From Pristiophorus japonicus (lineage: Eukaryota), in the NCBI RefSeq assembly GCF_044704955.1, contig NC_091986.1, forward strand, positions 190,278,001 through 190,342,000: a stretch of 64,000 nt of DNA. The letters run 5' to 3'. Every line of letters starts with the position of its first letter. Within the stretch, counting starts at the first letter, position 1. Of the stretch, positions 26,141 through 39,074 are shown piece by piece. The notes under the pieces are model-generated. The model saw only the letters and a list, made by a program, of their open reading frames with translations. It ran no database searches and was not told the origin of the DNA. The position numbers and the translations under genes were made by a program.

Positions 26141-29100
26141 ATCCGACACGATTGTATTCATACAGACGTCGGGAGGGACAAAGCATACCGGACTTCGTTG
26201 CGGACCTTCGGCGTTTGGCCAGCCTCTGTATGTTCACAGATGCCTGCAGGGGGGAGATGTTAAGGGATTTCTTCATTGAGGGCATTGGTCATGCCAGGAT
26301 TTTCAGGAAGCTTAGTGAGACCAAGGATTTGACTTTGGAAAGGGCAGCTTTGATAGCTTAGACCTTCATGGCAGGGGAAGAGGAGACCAAGATAATTTAT
26401 GTGCGCAGCCCTGGTTTCAATGTGCGATGAACCAGGGAGTTAATGTTGTAAAAGTGATACAGAACCCCACAGGCAGGCAAGGGCAATTCGACACCACCCA
26501 GGCAGGCAAGCAAGGGCAATTTGACATCGCCCAGGCAGCAACAGATTCCAGGGTGGGACAGCAACAGAGACAATGGCAGGAGGATCAGCAATTCACACCA
26601 TCACAAGGGACAATGCGTTTCGGGTTGGGACCATTGATACACAGGAACAGAGTGATCAGGAGTAATCAAAGAGACAATCAGAGAGGAATGCCTGGTAACA
26701 GTCCCTTTGTCCACAACAATCGCAGCTCATGCTGGAGGTGCGGTGACAGACACAATGCGAAAACCTGCAGGGTTCAACAATTTATCTGCAAAAACTGAAA
26801 TTTCAAGGGACATTTGGCCAGAATGTGCAGAAAACCCATAGCGAGGTTAGTTTACAAGGCAGAGGAGCCAGAGGAAGAGTCTGCAAGGCAGTTGGATACT
26901 TGGGGCACAGCCATGGATGCTGAAGTCCAGCGAGTTCACGTGGCAGGGACATCCACAGCTCATACACTAAAACACCACCTATGATGATGAAAGTTCTATT
27001 AAATGGCATCCCGTATGCATGGAGCTGGACACAGGAGCTATGAGTGTCCAACAATTCGAAAGACTATGGCCACTCAAAGCTAGCAGACCCAAACTAGAAC
27101 ATTTTGAGATGCAATTACCAACATACACCAAAGAGATCATCCCAGTACTCAGCAGTGCAAATTTGATGGTTACACATAATGAATCAGAGAACCGGCTGCC
27201 ACTCTGGATTGTCCCGGGGAATGGTCCCACGCTTTTGGGGAGGAGCTGGCTAGCCGACATGAACTGGAAATGAGGGGATGTGCATGCCATTTCATCTGTG
27301 GAGCGAAGTTCATGCTCACAGGTCCTACAGAAATTCGAATCACTATTTCAACCTGGGGTCGGGACTTTCAAGGGTACCAAAGTAGTGATACGCATCACCC
27401 CGGACGCCAGACCAGTGCACCACAAAGCCAGAACCATGCCGTATGTGATGCGTGAGAAAATTGAGAGTGAGTTGAACAGGCTGCTAAGAGAGGGCATAAT
27501 ATCACCTGTTGAATTCAGTGACTGGGCAAGCCCTTAAAGCGGATGGCTCGGTCAGGATTTGTGGCGACTACAAGGCCACCATTAACCGAGTGTCACTACA
27601 AGACCAATACCCGCTTCTGAGAGCGGGGGACCTTTTTGCCACGCTGGCAGGTGGCAAGCTGTTCACCAAGTTGGACCTCACTTCAGCCTATATGACCCAG
27701 GAACTGGCCGAAGAATCCAAGCTACTAACCACCATCACTACGCACAAAGGGCTATTTGTGTACAATAGGTGTCTGTTTGGCATTCGTTCAGCGGCCGCTA
27801 TCTTCCAGAGGAACATGGAAAGCTTGCTTAAATCCATTCCTGGCACAATCATATTGCAAGATGACATCTTAATCACAGGTCAAGATACCGAGGAACACCT
27901 CCACAACCTGGAGGAGGTGCTACGCCGACTGGGCCGAGTAGGCTTGCGAATAAAGAAGCCCAAGTGTGTGTTTTTGGGCAGGAGGGTTGCCGCAAACGGG
28001 ATCTGGCCTACCGAATCTAAAACGGAGGCAATCCGTCGTGCGTCCCGGCCCGGCAACACATCGGAGTTGCGGTCATTCCTGGGACTCTTAAACTACTTCG
28101 GGAACTTTCTGCCGAACTTAAGTACATTGTTGGAGCCACTACACGTGCTCTTGCGTAAGGGTTGCAAATGTTTTTGGGGGACTGTCAAGAACGGGCTTTC
28201 AATCGGGAGCGGAACCTGCTTTGTTCTAATAAGCTGTTGACCTTGTACGACCCCAGTAAGAAACTGGTTTTAACGCGTGATGCATCATCCTATGGGGTTG
28301 GGTGTGTGTTGCAGCAGAGTAATGATGAGGGCCAACTTCAACCTGTGGCTTATGCCTCCAGGTTGCTCTCCCAGGCAGAACGGGGATATGGGATGTTTGA
28401 AAAGGAAGCACTTGCATGTGTCTATGGGGAGAAAAGATGCACTAATACCTTTTTGGCAGAAGGTTCGAGTTAGAAACAGACCACAAGCCGTTAACATCCC
28501 TGTTGTCTGACAGCAAGGCTGTCAATGCCAATGCGTCAGCTCGCATACAGCGATGGGCTCTCACACTGGCTGCGTATGATTATACCATATGGCACCGGCC
28601 AGGCACCAAAAATTGTGCTGATGCGCTCAGCAGGCTCCCACTGACGACCACTGAGGGGACGTCGGAGCAAAGCGCAGAGATGGTCATGGCCATTGAGGCT
28701 TTTGATACCGCAGGCTCCCCTATCACAGCCCGCCAGATCAAAATCTGGACCAACAGAGAACCCCTCCTATCACTGATAAAGAAATGTGTCCTAACTGAGG
28801 ATTGGGCGCCCGCACACGGAACGTGCCCCGAGGAGGTCAGACCGTTTCACAGATGGATGGACGATCTCTCCATCCAAGCCGACTGCCTACTATGGGGCAG
28901 CCGGGTAGTCATGCCCCAGAAAGGAAGGGAAGCTTTCATCAGGGAACTCCACAGCGAGCACCCAGGCATCGTGTTAATGAAGGCCATTGCCCGGTCACAT
29001 GTATGGTGGCCGGGAATTGACTCAGACCTGGAACACTGTGAGCACGATGTGTGCTCAGCTGGGAAATTCCCCTAGGGTGGCCCCCCTCAGCCCGTGGCCC

Positions 29101-30323
29101 TGGCCCACCAAGCCATGGGCACGCATTCACGTAGACTACATGGGCCTGTTTATGGGAAAAATGTTCCTAATTGTTGTCGATGCATACTCGAAATGAATCG
29201 AGTGCATCATATTGAATTCGTGCATGACATCCACCACTGTGGAGAGTCTGTAAATGTTATTTGCGACCCATGGCTTGCCAGACATCCTAGTTAGCGACAA
29301 TGGCCCATGCATTACTAGCTATGAATTCCAGGAGTTTATGTCGGGTAATGGTATCAAACAGTCCGGACTGCGCCGTTCATACCGGCTTCCAATGGCCAGG
29401 CAGAACGTGCGGTTCAAATCGTAAAACAGGGCATGCTCCGGATTCAAGGACCCTCTCTTCAGTACCGCCTATCACGCCTCCTGCTGGCCTATAGGTCCCA
29501 CCCGCATTCGCTCACGGGAGTCCCGTCCGCGGAACTACTCATGAAACGCACACTTAAAACGCGGCTGTCCCTCATTCATCCTGCTCTGTCGGACATTGTT
29601 GAGGGCAAGCGCCAGTCCTAAATCGAGTGCCATGATCGCAACTCAGTGGGCAGATGCATAGAAATCAATGACCCTGTATTCGTTCTCAATCACGCATTGG
29701 GACCCAAGTGGCTTGAGGGCAGTGTAATAGGCAAAGAGGGGAATAGGGTCATAGTCGTCAGACTAAACAATGGGCAGATATGTCGCAAACATCTGGACCA
29801 GGTAAAGAAAAGGTTCAGCATGGACATTGAGGAACCTGAAGAAGACCATGGGATGTCAACCACACTACTGCCAGTGAACGAGCAACAAGGACATTCAACA
29901 GCATGCACAGTCCCTGCGGCCAGCCCGGACAGGCCGGAACCAACTCAGGCGACAGAGACGCATGCCAAGGCCCAACCACCAGAGCCACAACTGCGGCGTT
30001 CCACGAGAGAGCGTCGACTGCCTGAAAGACTCAATCTTTGACCCAAAGACATTTGGGGGGAGGTGATGTCATGTTTGTAACCTTCACATAACTGTAACGA
30101 ATATGTAACAACACTGTACACTATACAATTGTGAAATACTCCCTTGACCACAGAGGGTGAACTTGTGGGAGACACTCCTTACCTGGTCAGCCAGGTACTT
30201 AAAGGGAGGTTCCACGCAGGCTCAGCAATCCTTGGTCCTGGGAATAAAGGTGCAGGTCATATAGTGACCTTGTCTACAGTATATGCCTTGTGTGACTTGA
30301 TAGTACAGTGCAGAGACACTACA
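26141..30323 (+). mobile_element. Gypsy/Ty3 LTR retrotransposon, 5'-truncated, decayed gag-pol; 3' LTR 30067-30323
   Basis: Gag knuckle CWRCGDRHNAKTC, protease ELDTGA, RT (RICGDYK, LQDDIL), RNase H (DASSYGVG), integrase (HPGIVLMKAIARSHVWW); polypurine tract ttggggggaggtga, then a TGT...ACA LTR. Confidence 0.93.
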
Positions 30324-31155
30324 TCTACCATGAAGACCGATACAAAATATTTGTTCAACATCTCTGCCATTTCCCTGTTCTCCATTATTAATTCCCCAGT
30401 CTCATCCTCTAGGGGACAAACATTTATTTTAGCCACTTTTTTCCTTTTTATGTACCTAAAGAAACTCTTACTATCTGTTTTTATTTCGTGCTAGTTTACT
30501 TTCAAAATCTATCGTCCCTCTATTATTGTTTTAGTTGTTCTTTGCTGGCTTTTAAAAGTTTCCCAATCCTCTGGCTTCCCACTAGTCTTGGCCACATTGT
30601 ATGCCCTTGTTTTCAATTTGATACCATCCCTTATTTCCTTAGTTAGCCATGGATGGTTATCCCTTCTCTTACAGCCTTTCCTTCTCATTCGGATATATTT
30701 TTGTTGCGAGTTATGAAATATCTCCTTAAATGTCTACCACTGGTCATCAACCGTCCCATACTTTAATCTATTTTCCCAGTCCACTTTAGCCAACTCTGCC
30801 CTCATACCTTTGTAATCTCCTTTATTTAAGCTTAGGACACTGGTTTGAGATCCAACTTTCTCACCCTCCAACTGAATTTGAAATTCAACCATGTTATGGT
30901 CACTCATTCCTAGAGGATCCTTTGCCAAGAGATCCTTTATTAATCCTGTCTCATTACAGAGTACCAGATCTAAGATAGCCTGCTCCCTGGTTGGTTCTGC
31001 AACATACTGTTCAAGGAAACTGTCCCGGATACACTCTATGAACTCTTCCTCAAGGCTACCCTGGCCTATTTGCTTTGTCCAATCAAAGTTAAAGGTTAAA
31101 AAGGTTAAAATCGCCCATGATTATTGCCATTCCTTTATTACAAGCCTCCATTATT
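30324..31155 (-). mobile_element. CR1 LINE endonuclease/linker fragment (divergent subfamily), host of the Gypsy 3' end
   Basis: DPLGMSDHNMVEF...RAELAKVDW. Confidence 0.85.
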
Positions 31156-33227
31156 TCAATTGTACATCCCTGTCTGGAGTAAAAATAAAACTGGGAAGGT
31201 GGCTCAACCGTGGCTAACAAGGGAAATTAAGGATAGTGTTAAATCCAAGAGGCATATAAATTGTCCAGAAAAAGCAGCAGACCTGAGGACTGGGAGAAAT
31301 TTAGAATTCAGTAGAGGAGAACAAAGGGTTTAATTAAGAGGGGGAAAAGAGAGTACGAGAAGAAGCTTGCCGGGAACATAAAAACTGACTGCAAAAGCTT
31401 CTATAGATAGAAGAGAAAAAGATTAGTGAATACAAATGTAGGTCCCTTGCAGTCGGATTCAGGTGAATTTATAGTGGGGAACAAAGAAATGGCAGGCCAA
31501 TTGAACAAATACTTTGGTTCTGTCTTCAAGAAGTAAGTCACAAATACCTTCTGGAAGTACTAGGGGACCGAGGGTCTAGTGAGAAGGAGGAACTGAAGGA
31601 TATCCTTATTAGGCGGGAAATTGTGTTAGGGAAATTGATGGGGTTGAAGGCCAATAAATCCCTGGAGCCTGATGGTCTGCATCCCAGAGTACTTCAGGAA
31701 GTGGCCCTAGAAATAGTGGATGCATTGGTAATCATTTTCCAACAGTCTAACGACTCGGGATCAGTTCCTATGAACTGGAGGGTAGCTAATATAACATCTA
31801 CTTTTTAAAAAGGGAGAGAAAGCGGGTAATTATAGACCAGTTAGCCTGACATCAGTGGTGGGGAAAATGTTGGAATCAATTATTACGGATGAAATAGCAG
31901 CGCATTTGGAAAGCAGTGACAGGATCGGTCCAAGTCAGCATGGATTTATGAAGGGGAAATCATGCTTGACAAATCTTCTGGAATTTTTTGAGGATATAAC
32001 TAATAGAGTGGACAAGGGAGAACCAGTGGATGTGGTGTATTTGGACTTTCAAAAGGCTTTTGACAAGGTCCCACACAAGAGATTGGTGTGCAAAATCAAA
32101 GCACATGGTATTGGGGCTAATATACTGAAGTGGATAGAGAACTGATTGGCAGACAGGAAGCAAAAAGTCGGGATAAATGGGTCCTTTTCAGAATGGCAGG
32201 CAGTGACTAGTGGGGTGCAGCAGGGCTCAGTGCTGGAACCCCAGCTCTTTACAATATACATCAATGATTTGGATGAAGGAATTGAGTGTAATATCTCCAA
32301 GTTTGCAGATGACACTAAACTGGGTGGCGGTGTGAGCTGTGAGGGGATGCCAAGAGGCTGCAGGGTGACTTAGACAGGTTAGGTGAGTGGGCAAATGCAT
32401 GGCAGATGCAGTATAACATGGATAAATGTGAGGTTATCCACTTTGGGGGCAAAAATGCAAAGACAGATTATTATCTGAATGGTGGCAGATTAGGAAAAGG
32501 AGAGGTTCAATGAGACCTGGGTGTCATGGTTCATCAGTCATTGAAAGTTGGCATACAGGTACAGCAGGCGGTAAAGAAGGCAAATGGTATGTTGGGCTTC
32601 ATAGCTAGGGGATTTGAGTTTAGGAGCAGGGAGGTCTTACTGCAGTTGTACAATGCCTTGGTGAGGCCTCACCTGGAATATCGTGTTCAGTTTTGGTCTC
32701 CAAATCTGAGCAAGCGCGTCCTTGCTATTGAGGGAGTGCAGCGAAGGTTCACCAGATTGATTCCCGGGATGGCTGGACTGACATATGAGGAGAGAATGGA
32801 TCAACTGGGCCTTGATACATTGGAGTTTAGAAGGATGAGAGGAGATCTCATAGAAACATACAAGATTCTGACGGGACTGGACAGGTTAGATGCGGGTAGA
32901 TTATTCCCGATGTTGGGGAAGTCCAGAACCAGGGGACAAAGTCTTAGGATAAGGGGTAGGCCATTTAGGACTGAGATGAGGAGAAACTTCTTCACTCAGA
33001 GTTGTTAACCTGTGGAATTCCCTACCGCAGAGAGTTGTTGATGCCAGTTCATTGGATATATTCAAGAGGGAGTTAGATATGGCCCTTACGGCTAAAGGGA
33101 TCAAGGGGTATGGAGAGAAAGCAGGAAAGGGGTACTGAGGGAATGATCAGCCATGATCTTATTGAATGGCGGTGCAGGCTCGAAGGGCCGAATGGCCTAC
33201 TCCTGCATCTATTTTCTATGTTTCTAT
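31156..33227 (+). mobile_element. CR1 LINE, 5'-truncated
   Basis: Frameshifted RT pieces; the 3' microsatellite tail is interrupted by the Harbinger at 33228. Confidence 0.93.
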
Positions 33228-34746
33228 GGGCTAGACTTTCCACTTGGTGGCTCAGGCCGAATAAAATGGGCCTTATTCCAGCGATGCAGGACGTATCGCC
33301 TGTGCTGATCGCCGGCTCAAGGCCCTTTATTTTGCGATTTTCCACTCATCCTTAGCCCAGCGATGTCAAATGGGCGATGTGATTTCTCGGCGTTCTCACG
33401 ATCGCCCAGAGGAAACGGAAATGAATTGAAAAAAAAATCTTCCCCAGCAACTCATTACTGCGCATGTGCAGGTTGATTTTTCTTTTCAGGTTGATGCTCC
33501 TTCCCGCGTTTTGAGAGGTCAAGGGTCTTCACACATGTTCAGAAGTTCTGCGTGGGTCTGGAAGAGAGAGAGAGAGAGAGAGAGAGGAGAAAGGCAGCAT
33601 GTTATCTTAAGCTACTGAAAAAACAGATAAATTTAAAGAATGGAGGGAGCTGCAGGAAAGAGAAGGGCCAAACCCTTCAACGAAGAGGCAAATGGGGCCC
33701 TAATGAATAGTGTAAGCGCGAGGTGGGAGGATCTGACACAGGGTGGGCACGGCAAACCTCCACCCCATGCATATCGGTGGATTTGGGCAGAGATTGCCGA
33801 CGTGGTCACATCGGCATCAAATGAAGCTCGGACACCAGACCAGTGCCGGAAAAGATGGAACAGCCTACTGGCGGCTGCAAGAGTGAGTTAAAATTTAAAT
33901 TTGAAATCATCCATATTTATTATTTAATGTTGTATGGAAAATCGAATTAGAATCTGCAATGTTATATCGTAATCTTTAAGCATGACTAAATAACTAAATT
34001 AGGATTAAATTATGATTACATTCATGTACCGCAACATAAATTTGAATGTTACAGTATGAAATATCTTCCTATACAATGTATTGTAAACTTGAAATTGAAC
34101 TTATAAATCGGTCAGTCCTAAATGTTTACTGCCAAATCCATCTGCTTATGCCGTGCAATGTTACCTTATCTACTACCGAAGAAGATTTCCATCAACCAGC
34201 AGGGGCAATGCAGGACGGGCGGGGGCTGTGCCATGCTGCAGTCGCTCAATGCCTATGAGGAGCTTGCAGTGGCCTTGGTGGGGCCAGAAAGCCGTTCGGT
34301 CACAACCCGTGGTGTGGCTGAACCCACCCTAGAGTCATGTGAGTAATGAGAACTGTGCATTGTGTGAATCAATAGTAAATATTTGTTACGTGGGTAATCC
34401 TATGCAATGATACATTAGTTTCATATATAATTGAGTTATACTATTGAAATGTACTATTGATCTTCAAATGAGGTCATGTTAGGCCTGGTGACCGCTTGTG
34501 AATATGGGCTAATGGTAATGTTTTGAGTTCTTAATTGAGATTAATTGATTTGCATTGTTAAACATTGTTTATAACTTCCATTTGTCTTTCAAAGGTCAAC
34601 AAGTACTGATGGAGTCAACGGACTTGGGATGGGCCTTGTGTGGGCGATCAAAGTGGAAACTTGGGGGCCTATTTTTCCGGCGATGTTTTGGGCCGAGTTT
34701 CCACTTTTTGCTCAAAATGGGCGATGTGAAGTGGAAAGTCTAGCCC
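33228..34746 (+). mobile_element. Non-autonomous PIF/Harbinger derivative carrying Myb/SANT-like exons (33640-33882; ~34179-34338)
   Basis: Perfect 18-bp TIRs gggctagactttccactt (33228-33245; 34729-34746); peptide KPFNEEANGALM...WAEIA...RTPDQCRKRWNSL|gtgagt, then KKIS...RTGGG. No nuclease sequence. Confidence 0.88.
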
Positions 34747-34828
34747 TTTTTTGTTTCTATGCCTCTTAATTCAACTGTACAAGTAAAAGAATGATCATTC
34801 ATGATACTACATATTATATACCAGGAAT

Positions 34829-34834
34829 TTTATT
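34829..34834 (-). terminator. Putative KCTD21 poly(A) signal AATAAA
   Basis: tttatt on the plus strand, ~120 nt downstream of the stop codon. Confidence 0.45.
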
Positions 34835-34952
34835 ATGAAGTACACAGCTGGTGATAGTTTCAATTCTATATAAGAAAAGCAGAAGGGGGAAGCCATTCCC
34901 ATTTTTTTAAACCCAAAGATTGGGAGTCTGTGACAGTTGGTTTGCAGTCTTA

Positions 34953-35681
34953 TTACTGAGTGAAATGCAGGATCTGTGGGCCAGATGAACAAGGAGGAAA
35001 GGAATGAAGAAGGAATCCACCATTGACTGCTATTTTTATGACTTGCTCAACAAACATTTGCAGACTTCTGATTTGCTTATGAGATGGTGAAACACGGAGG
35101 ATTTTCCAATTCTGCGTTACATATTCCAATTCCATTGAAGATGTCGCATATTCAACCCATTCTAGTGAAATACATTTCAGATCTTCCAAATTGGTGCCAG
35201 CAGGTAAATTGTTTCCTTTGAAAGTATAATAGAATTTGGAATCCAGGAGCTTCAGCAAGGCCGGTGATGTTGAAAATACTTGAACATCAACAATGTTTAC
35301 ATTAAAGGAGCAGACATTATGTGACTGCGAGTTGTAAATGATGTTAAGCGTTGTATTCTTTTTTCTTTTAGTGACTGGGCACTCGATCTGCTGCAAAGCC
35401 TCCAGCAGGGGTTGGATCTGGAAAAAATCTGCCTCTCTCTTCAGAATATCCAGCTCTTGGAAATCAACCGGAAGGTCCAGGTGTGATGTACGAAGGAAGT
35501 TCAGGATGTATCGAAACATTTTTCCATCTCTGTCTATAAAGTAGTTTCCTTGCAGATCCTTACTGGTGGACATTCCTCCACAAAACATTGAGCCAAGCAT
35601 CGATTCTGGATAGCGTATTAAAGTCATCAGGGAAGTAGTGTATAACCTTCCCCCTACATTCAGCGTTATTGGTCCAGGCAT
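34953..35681 (-). CDS. KCTD21: BTB/POZ domain protein KCTD21, single coding exon (242 aa)
   Basis: MPGPITLNVGGRLYTTSLMTLIRYPESMLGSMF...YFIDRDGKMFRYILNFLRTSHLDLP (T1-type BTB). Acceptor tttacag| at 35704/35703 and Kozak accATG. KCTD21 is adjacent to ALG8 in human, which supports orthology. Confidence 0.9.
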   Translation of the reverse strand: MPGPITLNVGGRLYTTSLMTLIRYPESMLGSMFCGGMSTSKDLQGNYFIDRDGKMFRYILNFLRTSHLDLPVDFQELDILKREADFFQIQPLLEALQQIECPVTKRKKNTTLNIIYNSQSHNVCSFNVNIVDVQVFSTSPALLKLLDSKFYYTFKGNNLPAGTNLEDLKCISLEWVEYATSSMELEYVTQNWKILRVSPSHKQIRSLQMFVEQVIKIAVNGGFLLHSFPPCSSGPQILHFTQ

Positions 35682-36039
35682 GGTGAAGTCTTTAACTTAA
35701 TCTCTGTAAACAAAATAAAAATTAAAATATGCGATCCCCTGAAAAATGCTTTAAAAAAAATGGCCTGCCTTTATTGCTAGGTCCTAGACTGTTCTGTCCT
35801 GGCACCAACACCAATAGTCTTGAATCATATATAGACAACATCTGATAATTCTTTAAAAAAAAATTTTTTTTTTTTTAAAAAAGCGACGTTCACATTAGCA
35901 ATATCAACAACCTAGTATCAGCACCAAGCACTCCCCATTATTAACCTTGCATGATTAGATGCAGATTAAAACTTTCTCAATAATGCTCTACAAAGTGGTC
36001 AGCCTCAACCTCAGATGCACACCCACCACCAAATTAGCA

Positions 36040-36425
36040 TGACTTTTTGTTTTCTATTTCTGATGCTTTTCCTCTTGTGGCATTTAAGTGAATTTGCCAA
36101 TTTAATGCCAAATTAGGTAACAATTTTGTGCTGTGGGCCCATCCCACTCGGAACTGGATTGAGATTACCGAGCCCAATCTCGTCTTCACTCAACAGCCAT
36201 CATACCTGCACTTGTAGCATTATTTCCCAGTTAGTGATTAGGAGCAGGAGGAACCCGGACAATTTTCCTAAGCCGAACCCAGGAGCACGGAGTCCAGTTG
36301 TAGTACCCCGACCACTCTTCTAGCTGAGAACAACTGACTTAGCACAAAACAGAGCAATCCCTGGAGCCATCCGAGTCTGTATGTCTCAACTCCTTCAAAT
36401 TGATAAACTCCGTGAACCAGTGGGA
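36040..36425 (-). mobile_element. LF-SINE-like element, degenerate
   Basis: Similar to the copies at ~200-535 and ~23800-24020. Confidence 0.5.
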
Positions 36426-36619
36426 GATCTTAAAATTAAAACACTTGATTCCATGGAGTAACCATTTTCCCTGGACAGCTGTGTTTCTCTCCAAAAATCG
36501 AAAGTAGGATATTCCACAGCTAACATAAAAAGGACACTGTCAGGCACAGCTCGTTAACTTTAAAGTGACAAACACCACACAAAGCACTTGGAAATGTGAA
36601 GTGTTGTTGCATCACTTTA

Positions 36620-37018
36620 GGGGTATGGTAGCACAGTGGTTATGTTACTGGAATGATCCAGAGTCATGAGTTCAAATCCCACCACGGCAGCTGGGGGATT
36701 TAAATTCAGTTAATTAAATCAACCTGGAATAAAAAGCTGCATCAGTAATGGTGACCATGAAACTACCGGATTGTTGTAAAAACCCATCTGGTTCACTAAT
36801 TGTCCTTTAGGGAAGGAAATCTGCCGTCCTTACCCGGGTCTGGCCTATATGTGACTCCAGACCCATAGCAATGTGGCTGACTTTTAACTGCCCTCTGAAA
36901 TGGCCTCGCAAGCCACTCAGTTGTATTCAAGATGGCTCACCACCACCTTTTCAGGGGCAATTACGGTTGGGCAATAAATGGTGGCCTAGCCAGTGACGCC
37001 CACACCCTGAGAATAAAT
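36620..37018 (+). mobile_element. tRNA-derived SINE with a Meta-domain-like core
   Basis: A box 'tagcacagtgg', B box 'gttcaaatccc', core 'ggttcactaattgtcctttagggaaggaaatctgccgtccttaccc'. Family name from recall. Confidence 0.65.
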
Positions 37019-38082
37019 GTAAAAATGGAGAAACAAAATAAACATGACTGTTTTACAATTATAGGTGGCAATTTACTTTGGATATCAAAATAAACTGATG
37101 CTAATAATATTTAAATGTAATATTAATACGACTGTTTCCAAAACCTCAAGACCAATTTTAAAATGAGTGCTCTGTTGGCATTTCAAAAATTTGTCAATTC
37201 CTGCATATACATTACAACTGTCTTTGATTGTACTGCATCAATGCTGAAATGGTAGGTCAATCAGCAACTCCAGCACGTTTAATCTCTCATAGTTGTATCA
37301 TGGCATTCTGGATCCCTCTAATATCTAGTTGTACAACCATGCATAGCCTTTTGGTGTTTTTTTCCTTTGAGAAATTGATACAAAAATACATTATTAATGA
37401 TTTTCAAACTATGTGCTAGAATACTGACAGACATTCTCTACCATCTCATTTACTGCCACAGTAGAATGTAGCCTACATGATTTACAAAACGGAAGAAAAC
37501 CACAGAGCAGGGAGAGTCAATTAGAGCACGGGTCGAGGCAAGACTGTATAAACAATCATTTTAGCATATATAGAATTAAAAATATAAAGTTCTATAAACA
37601 AACTCTTTGTTGTTTAAAGGTTTACATTTTTAGTTTTCAAAACTTCAGTTATTCCTAAATAAAACCCACGACACATTAAGTTCAACATTTGAAACCATGG
37701 GCAATGTGCTTTAAAGGCTTTCAGTAAAAGCTTATAAAAGGCCTAAAAAAGGTATAACTGCATCTTCAAAACCATGTACTTGAAAAATTCTTCAACTATA
37801 AACTTTAATTGATCCACTAAAATGTCAGAATATTCTGTATTTAACATACGGCCTTACCTTTAAGGCATTAACAAAAGCAAACACAGTCACGCCCCAGGCC
37901 ACGAAAGCATTTCAAGACATTTGAGTTCTACACACTGTTCAATCCTTATTTTCTCTTATTAATTGTTATTCCAATGTTGATGTCTTATCAAAAAATCATC
38001 CAGTTAATTAAATTCAATTTCAATTTTGGTGGAAAATGCGTAGAAACTAGATACAGATAATGTTTTGTGCAGGTGTTCCTTA

Positions 38083-38216
38083 CCTGCGACCTAAAAGGTC
38101 ATTTAGCACATAGCATTCTGGGAAAGGTAGCTGTGTTTACTCCCAGAATGCATTTCAGCTAGTCTCATTCGGAAACAAATCTGTTGTACAGGAATTATGT
38201 CATGTCACATGTGACA
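38083..38216 (-). promoter_or_regulatory. Candidate KCTD21 promoter/first non-coding exon with paired ZNF143/Staf-like sites
   Basis: Inverted pair gcattctggga (38113-38123) and tcccagaatgc (38141-38151); palindrome tgtcacatgtgaca (38203-38216); minus-strand donor CAG|gtaagg at 38083. Confidence 0.5.
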
Positions 38217-39074
38217 CATTTAGGTGGTTTAGTAGCTAGAATACAAATCACACACAGCAAGCACTTGCTAATCTCCTGGTCATGCAAAGAGTTATGCAGT
38301 GAAAATTATTCCAGAGTTGCTCAATCCAAATCCAGTTCAGCTCCACAGAGACACAACACACGGTGGTGATCTTGTGATAAGCCAATGTGCTAGCTCCAGA
38401 ATTCAATGCATGTCAGATTTTAGGGAGCATTTACATTTCAACTTTAGCATCGCTGCACACTGATTTCCACTTCACAAGCACCAAAACGGTTCCAGTGTAA
38501 ATCCAGCCACAGGGCCTAATCTAACTCCTTAAGGAGGCTTGAGACTCCCTGGAGAAGGTTGTCTCGCCCTGCTTGGGTTTGACACTGCATGGAATGCTTT
38601 TTAAACATAACTGGAGTTAATTTGAATAATGAGTGTGGACACCACCTATGCTTTCTAAACTTGAAATTTTAACTCCTGGGAGTGGAGCTCAGAGACTACT
38701 CATGTAACCACATATGTGCAAAAATCTCTCCTGGGAAGAATAGCAGTTCCAGCCTCACACTTTCAATGAGGTGGAATCCAGAAAACAGCTACCCTGTACT
38801 GGTATCAGATCAGTATCTGTGATATAAGTGCAACATTAGGGAATCTGCATTGCTCAATTGCACGCAGCCAGTATAACTTGGCTGGGATGATGAGACAACT
38901 TTATTAATTATGCCTTCCTTCACTAGCCAGAATGATTGCCTTAAAGATGTTAACATTGCGAACAGGAGACCTCAGAACAATGTCCTATTTGCAAGCACTG
39001 AAAGTTGCCTTATAAAAGGCAAGGGAATATGTTGTAATTTTCTGCCATCTACTGGTAAAACAGGATGCAAATAT

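Noticed and set aside
26470-26540. 33-nt tandem duplication (RQGQFDTTQAG/KQGQFDIAQAA)
   Set aside because: Ordinary low-complexity variation in the Gypsy gag linker.
30324-33227. Divergent CR1 halves as a twin-priming inversion
   Set aside because: The halves belong to clearly different subfamilies and overlap in CR1 coordinates, so they are independent insertions.
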